Below are positions 34,936 to 50,469 of a stretch of 64,000 nt of DNA, one piece after another. Position 1 is the stretch's first letter, and each line of letters begins with the position of its first letter. The notes beneath the pieces are model-generated. The model made no database searches, was not told where the DNA came from, and worked only from the letters and a program-made list of their open reading frames with translations. Location: positions 3,291,715 through 3,355,714 of the forward strand of contig CP154954.1 of the NCBI GenBank assembly GCA_039621445.1, written 5' to 3'. This DNA comes from Euglena gracilis. Its lineage: Eukaryota. The translations under genes and the position numbers were made by a program.

Positions 34936-35591
34936 TTTTGTCAGAATTATAATTCTATTAATTAAGACATATAACGCACGTGCCAAAAAAAAAATACTTC
35001 CAATATTCAATATCAGTCTTCCTATAAAAAATTTTGGGAAGAAATCGCCATCAAAACATTTTAAATATTAACACTTTATTTAAATTTAATTTTTTGTTGT
35101 ATATTGTTTTTTTGTATATTGATATCACAAATTCTATGGACCATTAACAATGTGGTTTGATATAACAAATTTTAGGGACCATGAAGAATTCTTGTGTCCT
35201 GAAGTTCACCAAAAAAAAAGCTACTTGGGCTCTGGGTGCACCACAACGTGCCACCTTGGGGTCCGAAAAATGACTGTCTGAACCGTTCCTGCGACGTCAA
35301 GCCAGGCCCTGGAGGGGGGGCTCTGTCTTGGAGTGGCAAGCCCCCCGGAAATCCCTGGCAGGGGGCGGGGCGTTGCCAATGGAAAGGGGGTCAGCGGGCC
35401 GACAGCAAAGGAGCCGTCGGAGGTCAAAGCTCACGTGGCGATGGGTGGGAACCCGAAGCCAATGCCGCATTTGGAAAAACGAATGGAGCGGCTCGGGGGT
35501 TGAGTGAGTGGCAGGGAAAAAGTGTTGGTTGGGGGGGGGGGGGGGGGGGCAATGGAGTCCCAACAGGGGAGGGGGAGGTGGGGGTCCAGGC

Positions 35592-35924
35592 CCCACAATT
35601 TTTGACCGACCCCCGGAGGGGGGGGTCACTCCAATCTTCGAAAAACCACTCGTTGACTTTTTTTTTGAGAAACTGGTCAGTAACCTCCCCCCCCCCGGGC
35701 CACTCAGGAAAGCCAGCCACTTTCCAGTCACTTTAGGCCATTTTAGGCCAAATAAATTTCCCCGGCTGGCACCTGGGTCACCCAAGCCACTTTTGCCCAC
35801 CCCTGGCCGACTCCCTCTCCTGGGGGGGGGGGGGTCCGGGCCAAAAACCAGTCAGTCACTCTGAAAGAAAAAAAAACAGTGAGTCACCCTGGGGGGCAGG
35901 TGATTGTGGCTGAGTGATTGTGTG
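35592..35924. mobile_element. hAT-like MITE (CCAGTCAGTCAC family)
   Basis: CCCACAAT...ATTGTGTG; flanks GTCCAGGC/GTCCAGGA. Confidence 0.72.
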
Positions 35925-36417
35925 GTCCAGGATGGGCTCCCTTTGGCCATTTTGCAATCCCTCCAGTCCTAAAGTTTAGCAATCAACTGGGCTGAGGTGG
36001 CCGCAACCTTGTTTCTGCCGGCCCTCGTTGAAAGTCTGCAGCCCAGTTGGGAATTGTTGACAGGGAAAAAAAACTGCTGGTTGCTGGAAGCCCCCCCCCC
36101 AGGTTAGGATCTCCTCCGGCTTTGGACTTCCTGCTTATGAAGCAAGGGGCTCCAACTAAACCAACCAAAGGCGGGAGTCACGAGGTGCCCTCTTCAGAAT
36201 GATTTTACCTCCTGTTGAAACAAGATTCATCACACAATATCTGTTGTATGCCACCAACATTCATTTTACCTGTTCCCTTGCAACACAACCAAAACCAACC
36301 GAAAAGTCAATGCCCAAAAAGAGCAAAAGGTCCCTCTTATCGGGGTATGGGGGAGGCGAAACAGCCAGGACGTTGGATGATGCAGACAATCATCTTCATT
36401 TCATTTAGTATTTTCAG

Positions 36418-36712
<295 letters not shown>

Positions 36713-36852
36713 ACGAGCGGGGGGGGGTGGCCAGGGGGTGTCTGCCACCCTCTAGGCCCTGGGGGGGGGGGGGGGCGGAGAGTGTTAAGGATAGAAGTTC
36801 TTTCGGCCCGCACCTCCCCTTGACATTCAGGCCTCGACAAGGTGAGCCCCCC

Positions 36853-37299
36853 CATACATCTCTTTAAGGACCCCAGGGGGAGGTGCTGGGCTAGGGCTAG
36901 AAATTTGGGCTGGCTAGCCCGCCCCCCGGGGGGGGGGGGGGGGGCTGGGCCCCGGCTGGACCCGAACCGGGGCGAGCTGGACTGAAATCGGAAAAATGCC
37001 CAAAAATGACCTGCAGAACACAGTTTTGAAAAAAATGATGCATCTGAACCCCCCCCCAAATGCCCCAAACGCCCCCCAAACCCCATTTCTGGCCACTTTT
37101 GAACACAGTTTTTCAAAAAATATCGGCGCTTTGCGCCGAAAAATTTTGGGCTGGACCCCCAAAAAAGGGGCTGGCTAGCTGGGCTAGCAGCACCCCCCGG
37201 GGGGGGGGGGGTGCTGCTGCGGCTGGGCTGGGCCCAAATCAGGACTGGCTGCAGCCGCCCCCCCCGGGGGGGGTTCGCAAAACCTTAGAGAGATGTATG
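36853..37299. mobile_element. hAT-like MITE
   Basis: 17-bp TIR CATACATCTCTTTAAGG/CCTTAGAGAGATGTATG; same family as 51031-51769. Confidence 0.82.
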
Positions 37300-39974
37300 C
37301 CCCCCCCCCTCCGTCGCCTTTCCACCTCCAAAAACAGGCTGCGCGATTGGCGTCAGACATGTCGCCACCCGTTGCCAGCTGATCATGAACACTACCACAG
37401 AGGTGGGGCACGACCCTTGCTCGCAGTGCCAAAGTTGGCATCGCCAAGTAGGGATCGAGCAAGCAGAGCAAAAATTCACTTCGGTAGTGTCCTCTTCAAT
37501 CTTGTCAATAAAACACCTTTTCACACACGCACACACGCACTCTCTCTCACTCATACACACATGCTTGTACACTAGGTTGTGGGTCAACCCGCCCCCACAC
37601 CCAAATTGGCAAAAAAAAACCATTGGCCCAGCCCAGCTCCAGTAACGGCAGGGGCAGCAGGTTAAACAACCCAGGATCCCCTGGACCCTGGACCTGGGGG
37701 GTCACAAGAAAAACCCTTGGTCTGTTTGTGTTTGTGCGAAAATCCCACAAACCCCTAATTTTCATCATTCCTGACCTTTCTACCTTGTTGGCAGTTTCAA
37801 CGTGGAGGTTTTGGCCAAAATTTCTTTAAGGGTACTTTTGAAGTAAAATCCTTAAAAGCCACCCTTCCATCATCTTTTGGCATTTTTTTAAAAAAAAATC
37901 CCAGCATTTCGTGACGGAAAGCTTTGTCTCGACTGATGACAAGACTCCCTGGTGTGGGCCACCCCCCAACATCAGCCTCCCCTGGTTGCCCCCAACCCCC
38001 TCGGTGGGGTGCAACCTTGACAAGAAGCCACAGAGAAGCAAAGCAAAATCAGGGTTAAATAACCCCCAAAGGAAGCCCCCAGAATTAATGTAAAAAAAGG
38101 TTGTTCATGAAACAGTAACAACATCCCTTGGCTATTTATAAAATGTAACTCACCCCAAACTTGTGAAAATGCCCCAGAATGGATGATTTTTTGACTGTGT
38201 GTGTCTTCCTTCGACGCATTTTGATTTGTTGAAACTGTGCATTTTTGGGGATAATATTTGCTCACCCCTTTTCATTGTCAAAAATCCTGCTTTTGCAGGA
38301 ATGCTTTTGCAGAAGGTTCTTTCAAAAATTCAAAAACAGTGGACCCCAAAAGATAAAAGACCTTTGAGATTTTTAGCAAAAATACCAAAAAAAAGTGGGC
38401 CCAGGGTTTCACTTTGGTAGTCTTGACCTCCTCCCGCCGAATACAACCAACCTGGGTCTTGTATTTTAGGTCCGTTGCTGGAAATCTCTAGGTCTTATTC
38501 TTGTGTTTTTCTTGACCGACACGGCCCAAAAATCATCATTTTTCAAGTTTCAAACTCTTTCTTCTCCATTCTGTGCTTCACAGCATATGTTTAGTGCCAA
38601 ATACATTAATTTGACAAAAATTTGGTCTTTATCCTTGATGTGTCTAAAAGTTGGTTTTTGATAATTCTTCAGGGAAGCCGTCTCTGTCACTTTGCGGCAT
38701 TGGGGGAGAAGACTTATTTCTGGATCTTTGTTGCTCGGTCCGGGTCTTATTTTAGGGGTTTACCAAATACACAAGCACAGAGATGTGTGAATTGACAGTG
38801 TGTTGGCCAGGCCAAAAGAAACACCAAATCCCCTGTCCCTTGATCAAATGTAATCTTTTCGGCACGCGATGTTAGTTCAATAATTGTGTGAAGATGTGTA
38901 TAATTTAATTCACTTTTTTGCAATGTTTCAGAGTGGCTGTTCTTTTTGTAATTTGTTGGGACGATAAGCATACAATCTGACAATGGCTGAAAATGCCTTG
39001 CACACCTAAATTAATTTCTGCCACTTTGGATAATTTGTGGACACTTTGGTCGCGGTGGCCTGTTTCACACCACTTTTTTTTTCCGAGATTGTGACAAATA
39101 GCCGAAAATTGCTAAGAATCGGCCAAAAATAGCAAAAAAAAACCGGTCGAAAATGAGATACAAAAAAAAGCCAAAGGTGCCCAAAAGGCCCAAAATGGTC
39201 ATTCCCATACCCCAGCTGTATCCATTTTTTTTGCCGACCTGGGATCCATTCCCCTTGTCTAACGACCCCCAGTCAGAGATGAACATTAATGGTCGTTGGA
39301 CAAGGGGGTAATACACCACAAAACGTAAAAAAAATAATCTCCTTGGAATATAGCTTTTAAAAGGGCAATCAAGAAGCAGGAGCATTCGACAGGGGGGGGG
39401 GTACATATAAGGTTAAAATGCAGGGGCAGGCCAAATCTAAGTGAATCGAAGGCAGGTCCGAGGATAGGGAAGAGTGCAGAGAATAGAAAGCAGCATTTTC
39501 CAAGCATGATACAGAAGCAGGCCATGATCTGAAAGTTGGAGGGATGAGTAAAGGAAAACAGAATGTTGCCTTTTCAAAAATGACAATTGAAAAAAGAAAA
39601 TGAAGAAGCAAGTGGGACATTCATAAACCAATGAGATGGAGCATTCCAAAGTCTTCATAGTATACAAATACAGATACAAAATACAAATACAAATGCAAAT
39701 AAAAAATATAACAATGCTTTTGTAATAATATTCCAGTATAAAGCAGGATATACTACAAAATAATAATAGTATAATAATAAATTATAACTACAAACATAAA
39801 TACAAAATACAAAATACAAATACAGATAGATAAATTAAAAATAGTAAAATTATGGATATTGAAAATACAATTCTGTTAAATAAAAAACTAAATATAAATT
39901 TTCAAATAAAAACCTATAAAATATATAAAAGCAAAATAATAAATGTAAATACAACTACAAATAACAATGATGAA

Positions 39975-40244
39975 TACATACATACATAAATAAATGAATG
40001 AATGAATGAATGAATGAATGAATGAATGAATGAATGAATGAATGAATGAATGAATGAATGAATGAATGAATAAGAAACAAACAAACAAACAAACAAACAA
40101 ACAACGAATGAATGAATGAATGGATGAATGAATGAATGAACGAATGGATGGATGGATGGATGGATGGATGAATGAATGAATGAATGAATGAATGAAAGAA
40201 TGAATGAATGAATGAATGAATGCATGTATGAATGAATATACAAA

Positions 40245-40279
<35 letters not shown>

Positions 40280-40545
40280 AAAAAAAAAAAAAAAAAAAAA
40301 TGAATAAATAAATAAATAAATAAAAAAATAAATGAATAAATAAATAAATAAATGAATGAATGAATGAATGAATGAATGAATGAAAAAATAAATAAATAAG
40401 CAAATAAATAAAATAAATAAATAAATAAATAAACAAATAAATAAATGAATGAATAAATAAATATAATAAAATATACTAAAATATAATAAATAAACAAATA
40501 AATAAACAAATAAACAAATAAACAGATGAATGAATGAATATAAAT
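39975..40545. repeat. (AATG)n/(AAAT)n/(AAAC)n microsatellite in an AT-rich block
   Basis: Direct reading. Confidence 0.95.
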
Positions 40546-43500
40546 ATGAATAAAAATATAGATTTAAATATTTACATAATATAAATGTAAATATGAACAT
40601 CAATATAATGCAAATACAAAAATTAACATAAAATGCAAAATACAAAAAGTAAAGTGTGAACATATAGATTGTGATACAAATATAAACATTATTCAAATAT
40701 AATATATAATTCAAACACAATAGTGTACTGTACATCAAGTATGACTTTTATAATAACCTTCTAATATGACCATATGCCAATTCAATTAACTCAAAATAAA
40801 ACAAAACAAAATGAAATAATTGTATTCTCAAACATTAACACAATGGGACAACAAAAAAATGTCATTTGCAGAGCATCTTCCAGGTGGAGAAAAGCCGCAG
40901 ACAAAGCTCGGGGGGGGGGGAGGGGGGGGGGCAACATTCACCAGCCACATCGCAGCTGGTTGCAGTTACACTGGCGAACGGTCGTGTGTGGCGGGGGGGA
41001 CAAAAAAAGTCAAAAAGCAGCCCGCTTCAGTTCATTTTATTGTGTCTGGGGTGGAGGAAAAACAAAACAGAGGTAACCCAGATGAGCAATGGCATCCGCA
41101 TTGGTGTTCCCTTTCGGCGCTTCAAACGTGAACCTTCTGCCAAATTTCGACATTCCACTGTAAGCATTGGTTGGCATTGGCAGGCATTGACACCATTGTG
41201 CCCACTGAGCATTCATTGGCTTTGGAAGATTAGGCTCCTCCTAAAGGATGTGGTAACGTGGCGAACAAGAAAGTTGAGCAAAAGAGGACTGTGTAGTGGG
41301 GAGGAAAGAAGTCGGAGTTTGGGAGAACTCCGAGCAACGGACGTGGCAAGACTGGACCAGTCATTGTAAAAGGGGCCGCACACGGTTTGCAAAGTGAAAA
41401 CACTGGTCACACACTCATGGACTAAAAATTTGGCAGAAGACAAATTCTGAACACCAGCATTCCCTGCAAGTGTTTATACATGTATGTGTGCAAACATGCA
41501 TGTATGAATGCACGCCTGTAAATGTTTGCATGTATGCATGTGTGTACGCGCGCATGCATGTATGCATGTAAATGCATGCATTTACTTATGCCCAAAGAAG
41601 GAGGAAAGTAAAAAAGGGGGAAAGATCCCTGCAAGGGACACAGGATAATATGCTGCGGAAACTGGGGTTCTGCGGTGCCTTTCGATCCATTGCAGAGCCT
41701 GTAGGCCCCTAGTGACGGCAGTCAACCGAGGACAAAACAAGAACGACGTTCGCGTCTGGGCGTTGGTGTGTCCGTGCGTCTTTGTGTGTGTGAGCATGGA
41801 TGCATGTGCGGGTGCATCTTGTAATCAAATGATGCAGTGCAGCCGGTGAAAGACACAATTCAGAGGGAAACCAGTGCTATAGATGTGAAGGAGCCAATAC
41901 GCACTGCAAGTGCAGTTGAAATCTGGCTTCTGTTTCTGCGCACTTGTGGCTTGGTTGTTCTCTCCTCTAATGTTGACGATGCTGGACTTGTAATTAGTGC
42001 GCCACAGCGCTCACGCCGCGGGACCGAGATTTCCTTTCTGCGGCAGTGGAACAGATCTTTTGCCGCGGCGTTTGTGGCCCATAGCACAGAAACCGTCAGC
42101 CACATCACAACAATAAACAGGTTTTCTGGTGGTGCTGCCGAGGGCATAATATCTGCGGTGACGCCGGCGAACACAACAAGTAAAGCCAAAATGCAAAACA
42201 AAAATATTCTGCAGTGGTCTCAGGCAAGAAAAAATTTGCGGTAACAATAATGTGCGTCCCACCAGCGTTTGAAAAAAAAATACTGGAAAGGGACCAGAGA
42301 CAAAACGGTGACGATGGCTTTCTCATTTCCTGCCGCAGTGCCAGAAAGCAACTGTTTGGGTAACAGTAGGCCCTGTTCTATAATCAGCAGGGTATTGAAT
42401 ATGGGAGGGGAGGAAAGAAGAGAGAGAAGGCGAGGAGAGGGTGCGTCCTACGCCTGGCAAAGCGGTGAAACCCAAATCCTTGTCCCCCTGTGGTCCGTGG
42501 TCTGGCGTGGCGAGGGGCTCAGACGACCTGCCTTTTTCGAACCCAGGCTTGGCTGGGTCCTCCAAACCAAGGAGGAACCGGGGGGGGGGGGACTTCTTAC
42601 CCTGAAGGTTGTTCGCAAAGAGAATCAGGGATGGCACTGTCTCAGGGGAGGAGCCGCCGAGATGGGAAAAAAAGTGGTCCACCCTGTAGACCTGTGGCAC
42701 CATACAACTTTTTACTGACCCCGGGGGGGGGTCACTTCAACTCTTCCAAAAACGAGGCACTCAATTTTTTTGGAAAACCAGTCAGTCACTACCCCCCCCC
42801 CCGAGGGGGTCGGCCACTCTGGAATCCAAAGGTAATTAACCCAAAAACGGGAGAAGAAAGGCCAAAAAGAAATTCTCCGGCGCCTTCAGCGTCTGGTCAA
42901 TTCAGTGGTTTTTTCCCGACCACCTCAGGGGGGGGAGGGTGTCGGTACAGGCAAAAACCAGTCAGTCACTCTGAAAACTCCATTCACCTACCTCCCCCCC
43001 CCAGGGGGGGGGGGCAGTGACTAAATCTTTAGGCGGGGTCGGGTGGACTGGATTTTAACCCCGAGATTGGCACCAGAAAACCTGCAAATTTTGACCTGAA
43101 AATTTTGGGTGTCAGGCTTGACTTTATTTTTTTGGAGATTTTTGGCGGTGTTTTTGAAGAAGGATTCCGCTTCCTTTTTGGGGGTAAGCGGGAAAACGCT
43201 TCCCCCTGGACTGAAGGAATTAGCAAAACCTGCCAGCATTTTTCAATTTTGGCATCGGTTCCTCTGAGACTTTTGGGGGAAACGGTTCTCCACTTCCTCC
43301 ACCTCATGTCACAACAGTTAATCAGCTTCAGGCCGATATCAACCTCGTCAACAGAGGACATGGCCTCTTTACCCAACAAAAGCAAATGTCTCCAAAAGGA
43401 GAGCAAGTGTGACAATCATCCAATGTAGACCCCTGGACGAGGGAGACAGGATTCCGCTTCCTATTGCTGGGCCAGATGGTTTGTTGGCATGAGGGGAGCG

Positions 43501-46500
43501 GATTCGGCACTGGACGTTCCTGCCCCACACCAGTGGAGGCACTACCGTTTGGACATGGCGTCACCGCCCGTTCACTGCCGTCTGCCCTGGTGGCAGTCAA
43601 GCAGAGGTCTCCAGGTGCTGGACGTTGAGTGCCCAAACTGTGCCTGAAATGTGCCTAGACGCTGATTGTAAATGGTGGCATCGTGGATGCTTGTGGGAAT
43701 GGTTGGACCTTGTGTTTGCGTGGCCTAAATGCTGTGTGTTCTGAACTGATAGGGAAACGGCAGCAAAAAAAAAAAGAACCTCAAAACAAGGTTTTAACCT
43801 TGGCCCCCAAAGTTAACCAAAGTGTTAACTTTGATGGGGCCATTTTGGTGTGAGTTAATGGACAGTGTGTTTTGAGGCTATTTCTGAGGGAGAAAATCCC
43901 TCAGAAATAGCCTCGAGTTAGTTTGCAAGAGGCAGACACTGGATGCCCAACAGGAATGCGTGTCCACCAGGCGGGAAGCCGACTGGTCAGTGGACTTGTC
44001 TGGTTCAAAACGGGAGGTGGTGCTGGGTGGTATAAAGCTGGGCAGTGGGGCAGGTCCAGTTGAAGGGGCTGATGGATCAGGAAAAATAGAACCAATCTCC
44101 TCACACCCAGCATTTTTTTTCACACCCAGAAGCCATTTTCCAGGTCCATCCAGCATTGGGGCGGGGGGCACATTGCCAAAAGCAGGTTTTTTTTTAAAGA
44201 CCGGGAGGGGGGTCACGTACCCACCCACCCCCTGGGATTGGAAGTGTGCTGCCCGCCACCCCCCCCCCAGGGCAGAACGGGAAGACCTGGTGGGGGGATG
44301 GTCGACCCCCACCCACCACAGCATTTTTCCACCTGGCTCAGAGGGCGCTGGGAAACAATTTTTGGAGCGAAAATTGGTGCTCCCAGAAATACGGGAGGAG
44401 GCAGGGGGGGCCCCCGAGGGGGTCCCGGGGGACCCACTTTCCTTCCCCCGAAAATGGCCAGAAAATCACGAAAATTGAAAAAAAAACACTGTGATGACCT
44501 TAAAAAACCTTAAAAATTCTCCCTGTGATTTTTTTTCTTGCACCAAACAAAATAATGGCATGTCTGAAACCCCGCATAAAGCCAGTCAATGCAGAAGCGG
44601 TTGTGAACAAACAATGTGAAAACCGGATTGTTTGCCAAGGTTTCTGGCATAGTTCGGTTGGGCTCGGTTCACCAAAAGCTGTGACACACGGCCAGAATAA
44701 GCAAAACTTGCAACCACATCTTTCTTGATTTGAATTACTTGAGACATTCTTGGAGGAGTCAACCCAAATTGCTCAAAAGTGCAATTGCAGCAAAAGTTGC
44801 ATGAACAACAAAAAAATCCCGATTTGGGACAATTTACTACGCTGGAGCAGTTTCCCACACTTGCCACAGCATTTCAAGCAAAAAAAATCACCAAAATTTT
44901 AGGGATGAAAATTGTTAGTTTCTAGGAGGGGGTCAAAAAATGCAGGTCAAAAAAATGGGACCAAATTTTGGAACAGTCAAATTTTACTGACATTTTTTCC
45001 CTTGGAAATTTTTTTGGATTTTCAGTGGGATTTTTTTTTGCTTCCAAAATCTCTCAAAATTGAAATTTTGAGAAATGTTGATTTTGACAAAAGAAAAACT
45101 CAAAGATTTCAGGGTTAAATTTGGTAGTTTTGGGGGGGGGGTGGAAAATAACGAAGGTCAAAAAAGGTGGACCAAGTTTTGGCACAGTCAAATGTTACTG
45201 ACACTTTTCCTCTGTCAAATTTGTTGGATTTTCAATGGCATTTCTTTTGCTTCAAAAACCTCTCAAATTCAAAATTTTGAGAAAATATTGATTTTTTGGA
45301 AGGTGTGAAAAATGGGGGCTTGAGGGAGTTTAATGGCCATTTTTTGAGGAAAAAGTTCTAAAGTATTTTTTTGTCATCAAAAAGTGACGTTTTTAAGTTT
45401 TTCCAGACTTTTTTGTTGTGTTTTTTTTAAAAAAACACATATTTTAAAAATTGTTTTTTTAAAAAAAAGTTTTTTTTTAAAAAAACATGCTGTTTTAAAA
45501 AAACATTTTTTTTGTTTCAAAAAAACAAGCAGTCAACCTTGGTCACCTATGGTCAAGCCCCAAAATTTCCCCATTTGAGGCCATTTTAGGCCATTTAAGG
45601 CCAACAGGCAAGCAAATGTCCTGAATAGGGTCAGAAATTTAAAACAATTGCAATGAAAAAAAATGCCTTAAAAAACCTTAAAAATTTTTAAAATTCCTCA
45701 AAAAACCTTAAAAAACCTTAAAAAACCTTAAAAAACGCCTTAAAATTTTTTGAGAAATCTCGCCTTAAAAAAAATAATGCCTGGTCACCGTGAGCCTCCT
45801 GGGAGTATGGTAGGTGTTCAGTTCACCAGGATGTCCTGCCGAGAGCCATCGGCGGGCCCTGGAGGACGAAGACAGCCCTCCAGGGTCCACCTTCTGCGAC
45901 GTAACAGGTGGAGGTGGGCTTGAAACACGGCCCGGGAAGAGCAAATGGACAAAACCACACAGGAAAGGCCCACCTGCATGCGCTTTGGCTGTGGAAGCAG
46001 GAACGTGAGGGCAGGTTTTGAAACAGAATTCTCCACAGCTGGATATTTTGGCAGGTTTTGAAACAGAATTCTGCATCGCTGGATACTTTGGCAGGTTTCG
46101 ATGGATTTCACAGGTTTGGGGAGGGGGCTTTTAAAGGCTTTGTGGTCCAGTTTTCTTTTGATTGCGACAAAGCGTCCAGGCCCAATTGCAGCTTTCACTT
46201 GGCTTTGTTTTCTGTTTCTGGTACCAGAAGGGATAACACCTGCCTTCTCTCACTTGAAACCACCATCTTCCTTCCCCTCCTGGGTCCCCATCCAACGGTT
46301 TTCTCTCCCCGTGACCCCTTTTGGTGTGGCATATGCCTGCGAATACCAAAGATATCCTCTGGATGGATTGCCACGGGTGATGCCCAACGCCACCTCCGAG
46401 ATGTGTGGACTACTCTCCTCTGAATCTTTTTTCCAGATGCCTGATTTCCTCTGTGCTGCTCCCCTGACACAATCTTGTTCAAAACCTACCATCACCACAC

Positions 46501-49500
46501 CCCTCTGCAGTACACACCAAGCCGCTTCCGTCCCTGTCTGCTGCTACAGGAACTGCTCTGCAACCTCCACAGGATTCACATTGATTCCGGGACGCTTCAG
46601 GGTAATGTTGAAAAACACCGAGGTAGCAAGTTTCCGCTTCATTATGGACGACGAGGCAACTTCTCCAACCGCCTGTTTCTGTTGGTGTAGCTATGGTGTG
46701 GCTGGCAATCTCCTCCTCGCCCTATACCCTGCAATCCGAAGAGGCGGCTTTCCGCTTCCTCGGATCAAACCTTGGCATCTGAGGCTGGGTACTGCACCAC
46801 ATGTTCGTCTCAGGGGAAGGGGGAGCACTCTCTGAACCACTTGGACCCGCCTCATCCATGATGCTGCATCTCAGCTCGTTATTACACCCACAAAAGTACT
46901 TCAATCCCATCACGGTGAGGCCAGAAACCGTCCCCAATGGCCCTCCCTCTCCCGTTGAGTTTAGATGACGTTCCCCAGCCCACAATGCCCTGCCCACACT
47001 GCCACAACGACTCCACGCCTGGGGGGTGCAATGCATTCCCTCAGTAAGTGCATAGTTCGAGGGACCAAGCAAAGTGGTTGCAGTGGGTGCACCAAAAGCA
47101 TCCAGATGTCATTCTGTGTCCCGCGATACATTTGGGCCAGATCGCAACAACCTTGTTCACAACCAGCTCTCCCACGCAAACATTTCAAACCATCTTCCTC
47201 CCTCCCCCTGCATTCGTGCTTCATATCTCAAGGCCCCATCCGGACAGGGGCGTGTTCTAGCATCAACCGCATGAACGTGCTATCACAGCACAAACTTATC
47301 TGTTGACCACTCAACATTTCCCGAATGCCCATGCCACAGAGACTATTTTGAAATGAACATATGCTAGATGGAGGAAGTGGGTTCCGGCTTCATCTCACCC
47401 TCGTTTTAGTGCCCCTTAAGGCCACTCAGGCCTTAGAAGTCATGGTCATAAAAATTGAATCGTTAGGAAAATGTGTTTCCGCTTCCTCTTGGTCATTATA
47501 AAAAATTTGGGGGTGTTTGCGGTCAATCTTCTCCAATCCTCTTCCAGCTTCTCATTTCCGCTTTTTGACGTTCAATAGGGAAGCAGTTTTTGGCAATCTT
47601 GGTTTCCCTGCTCTTTCGGTTCTCGGGAGACCACCAGTTCGGGTCTCGGGAGACCCCCATTTCGGATCGTTTTGCTTTTCTTCAGTTTGGAGTGCAGTAG
47701 AACTAGGCAGTGACGAAGCGTGTTTTTCGCCTCATCTGAAAATTTCGGGTGCTGTTCGCCGATTTCTACTTTGGCTTAAAAAATTATGCCGCCTTTCGCT
47801 CATTTCGGCCTCTTATAGAAATTCATTATTCTAACCCAAACGATCGTCAGAAACTACCCAAAAAGGGGTTCTTCCAAAAAAAGGCTAAAAATTTGGGGGG
47901 TCGGACGAAGCGGTTTTCCGCTTCCTGCCCACTTCAAACCATCTAAAAAAATAATTGGTCAATTTCATCGTCCATCATTGCGAAAATCTCTTGGCTAGAC
48001 AGATGTTGGTGTGCCATCTTTTTGTCACGGTGCCCATCACACAATCATTACTTTATGCAGCATACGTTGCCCAAAAGGTACTGTTGGGGAGCAACAGGAG
48101 GCAGCCTGGGTGATTTGGAGGCCGGGGTGCGGTGGGGGCACTAAAGGAGAGGTATTGGCCTCCCTCGTGCTCTGAGAATGCTGGAAGGGAGATGGGTGTG
48201 CAAAATAGAATTTATTGGAACCAAAACATACAAATGCGGTACGTATTCATTACACTGAGAAAAATACATGCTGGGGGATGACCTGCCGAGCGGCACATCA
48301 ACCTAAAGCTGCTGCCAAAGAAGCGAAACGTTGCACAGTCGGTGTTGGGAACATGATGTGGTTGGCCGAAGCGAAAGGGAAACCCCAAGCAATCTTGGGA
48401 GTCGTCAGACCCAGCTAAAACATGCGTGAGAACGACATGCTGTTATTTACGCAGGCGGGGTTTATTCGGTGTGTGTACAACGGAGACCGAAAGATCTCCC
48501 ATGTGGGTCGCATTCACCCGCAGCCCTTTTAACAATACACCAGCACATCGTGAACTGCAAAATGGGGGAACCCACACATTTATCAGTCATATCAATCAGG
48601 CGTCCAACAGCAGCACTCAATCCCCTTCGCACCAAAATGAAACACGCGACACACACAGACAAACACACGCGAATGCACGCACCAAAGGGCGACAACGTCA
48701 GAGAAGGCCATCAGTGTCGCACCCTTGGGGTCTGAAACCAGGCCTCAGATCGCTTCCATGCTTCAGTGGAGTGGTGGACTGCGTGCCAACCATCGGCCTT
48801 CTTGTGTTTCCGGGGGCCCCGATTTTTCAGCCAAAATTTTCTTTGGGCGCCGTGGGGATTTCTTTGTGCGGGTGCCATGGTGGGTGGGGGATCGCCCCCC
48901 CCCCCAACTCCTGGGACCGACTCCTCCCCATGGCCAAGGGGGGCCCGTTGCACCACCCTGGTATAGGTCAGGTTTTGACTCACATGCATTGTTCATTCAA
49001 CGGTCCGCAGTAGCCCCCTGGGGGGCTCGATGAACCCAGTCCAAAGTTTGTCAAGCGGAAATCCTAGCAGCTGGCGAGTGGAAAACTTTGTCCAGTGATT
49101 TTTTTTTGGCCCAAAGCCCATTTTTGGGCTGTTGGGATTTTTTTTTACCAAGATCAGCCAAAACCGCATTAAAAGCCTCATTTCCAACTCAGAACGGGGG
49201 GGAAGAGCAAGCTGGCCCATTCCCCCATTTTTCGGGCCAGCAAAATCAGGCGCGGACAGCAGGTCGGAAAACCCTGGGCGAGAAGTTTCCCGCAACAACG
49301 CTTATTTTTTGAAAAGGGCTCCTCTGGAAATTGTCGGTTTTTTTTGAAAATTGGACGAGACAATTGCTCGGCCGGCCTTTCCGGCATCAAGTAGGGTGCT
49401 CAGGAAGTTCGCACTCCCTCGAGGAAAGGAAAAGGGAGGAAGGGACACCGAGGGCGAAGCACAAAGACATTGTGAGGCCCGCATGTGAGGCACGCATGGT

Positions 49501-50469
49501 GTGGGCGGGGGGATGCTTCGTGCAGGCCGTAGGAAAGAAAAATGGCCCGGGAAGTCGGGGTGGGGGGGAAACCGAAGGGGTGCTTTCGCCCAAGCTGCTT
49601 CTTTTGCGGCCACTTATTGACTCCCCGGAGTATCCCGGCGTCGCGGGAATAGCCATGCACATTGGCGAATGGGCTACATAGTCTGCATCGGCATACCTAC
49701 CGGCATACCTACCCCCCCCCCGGGAAACTGTCACCTGACAGGTTGGCCAGTACCGGGGACCCTGACAACTTCCTATACTGACAGGTTGGCCGGTAGCAGG
49801 GAACTTGACAGGTTTCCGGGCGGGACCCTGAAGGGTTCTCGGGAAGGACATTTTCCCGGGGGGGGGGGGGGTAGGTAGGTATTGTGGACGCTCAGATACA
49901 GAGTTTAATGTTCTGGAAATGGGGGAAATTGAAATTCTGCACAGCAGTGGACAAGAATGACCGAAATGATCAAAAATAAAAAAGGTCAAAATGGGAAAAA
50001 AAGGGGACTTGCTTCATTCCTGTGAGAAAAGGTTGAGGAGGGACCGATGCACACCAAATACAAAAAATATACACTGTTCATAATAAATTTTTTCTTGATG
50101 CACACGAACGAGAGGTCTGCTTTTACCTGATGGGTCGGTCGGAACTAAACCCCCCCCAAATAACCTGGCGGGGTCCCAACTCCTGGCGGGGGCCGAATAA
50201 CTTGGCGGGGGGAGGGGCAAAAAAGATAGTTCCAGTAACTTGGCGGGGTCCTTTTTTGGCAAAATTCCTTTACGGCGGTGAAAAGGTGGCCCAAATAACC
50301 TGGCGGGGGGACAGGGCCAAAAGTTGGCTCCAATAACCTGGCACCTCGCCAGGGTATTTGGGGGGGGGGGGAGTTAGGGACACTGACAATTTCCCAGACG
50401 ACACCTGGCAGGTTCTCGGGCGTTGACAGCTTCAAGCTGTCAGACAGGGACAAGATAAAGCCTGCTCCG

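Noticed and set aside
39888-40738. Hydrophobic FIYL/FIHS ORFs resembling membrane proteins
   Set aside because: Translations of AAAT/AATG repeats.
41860-42201. 113-aa ORF with a signal-peptide-like start
   Set aside because: No recognisable domain, the start is not ATG, and no linked exons were found.
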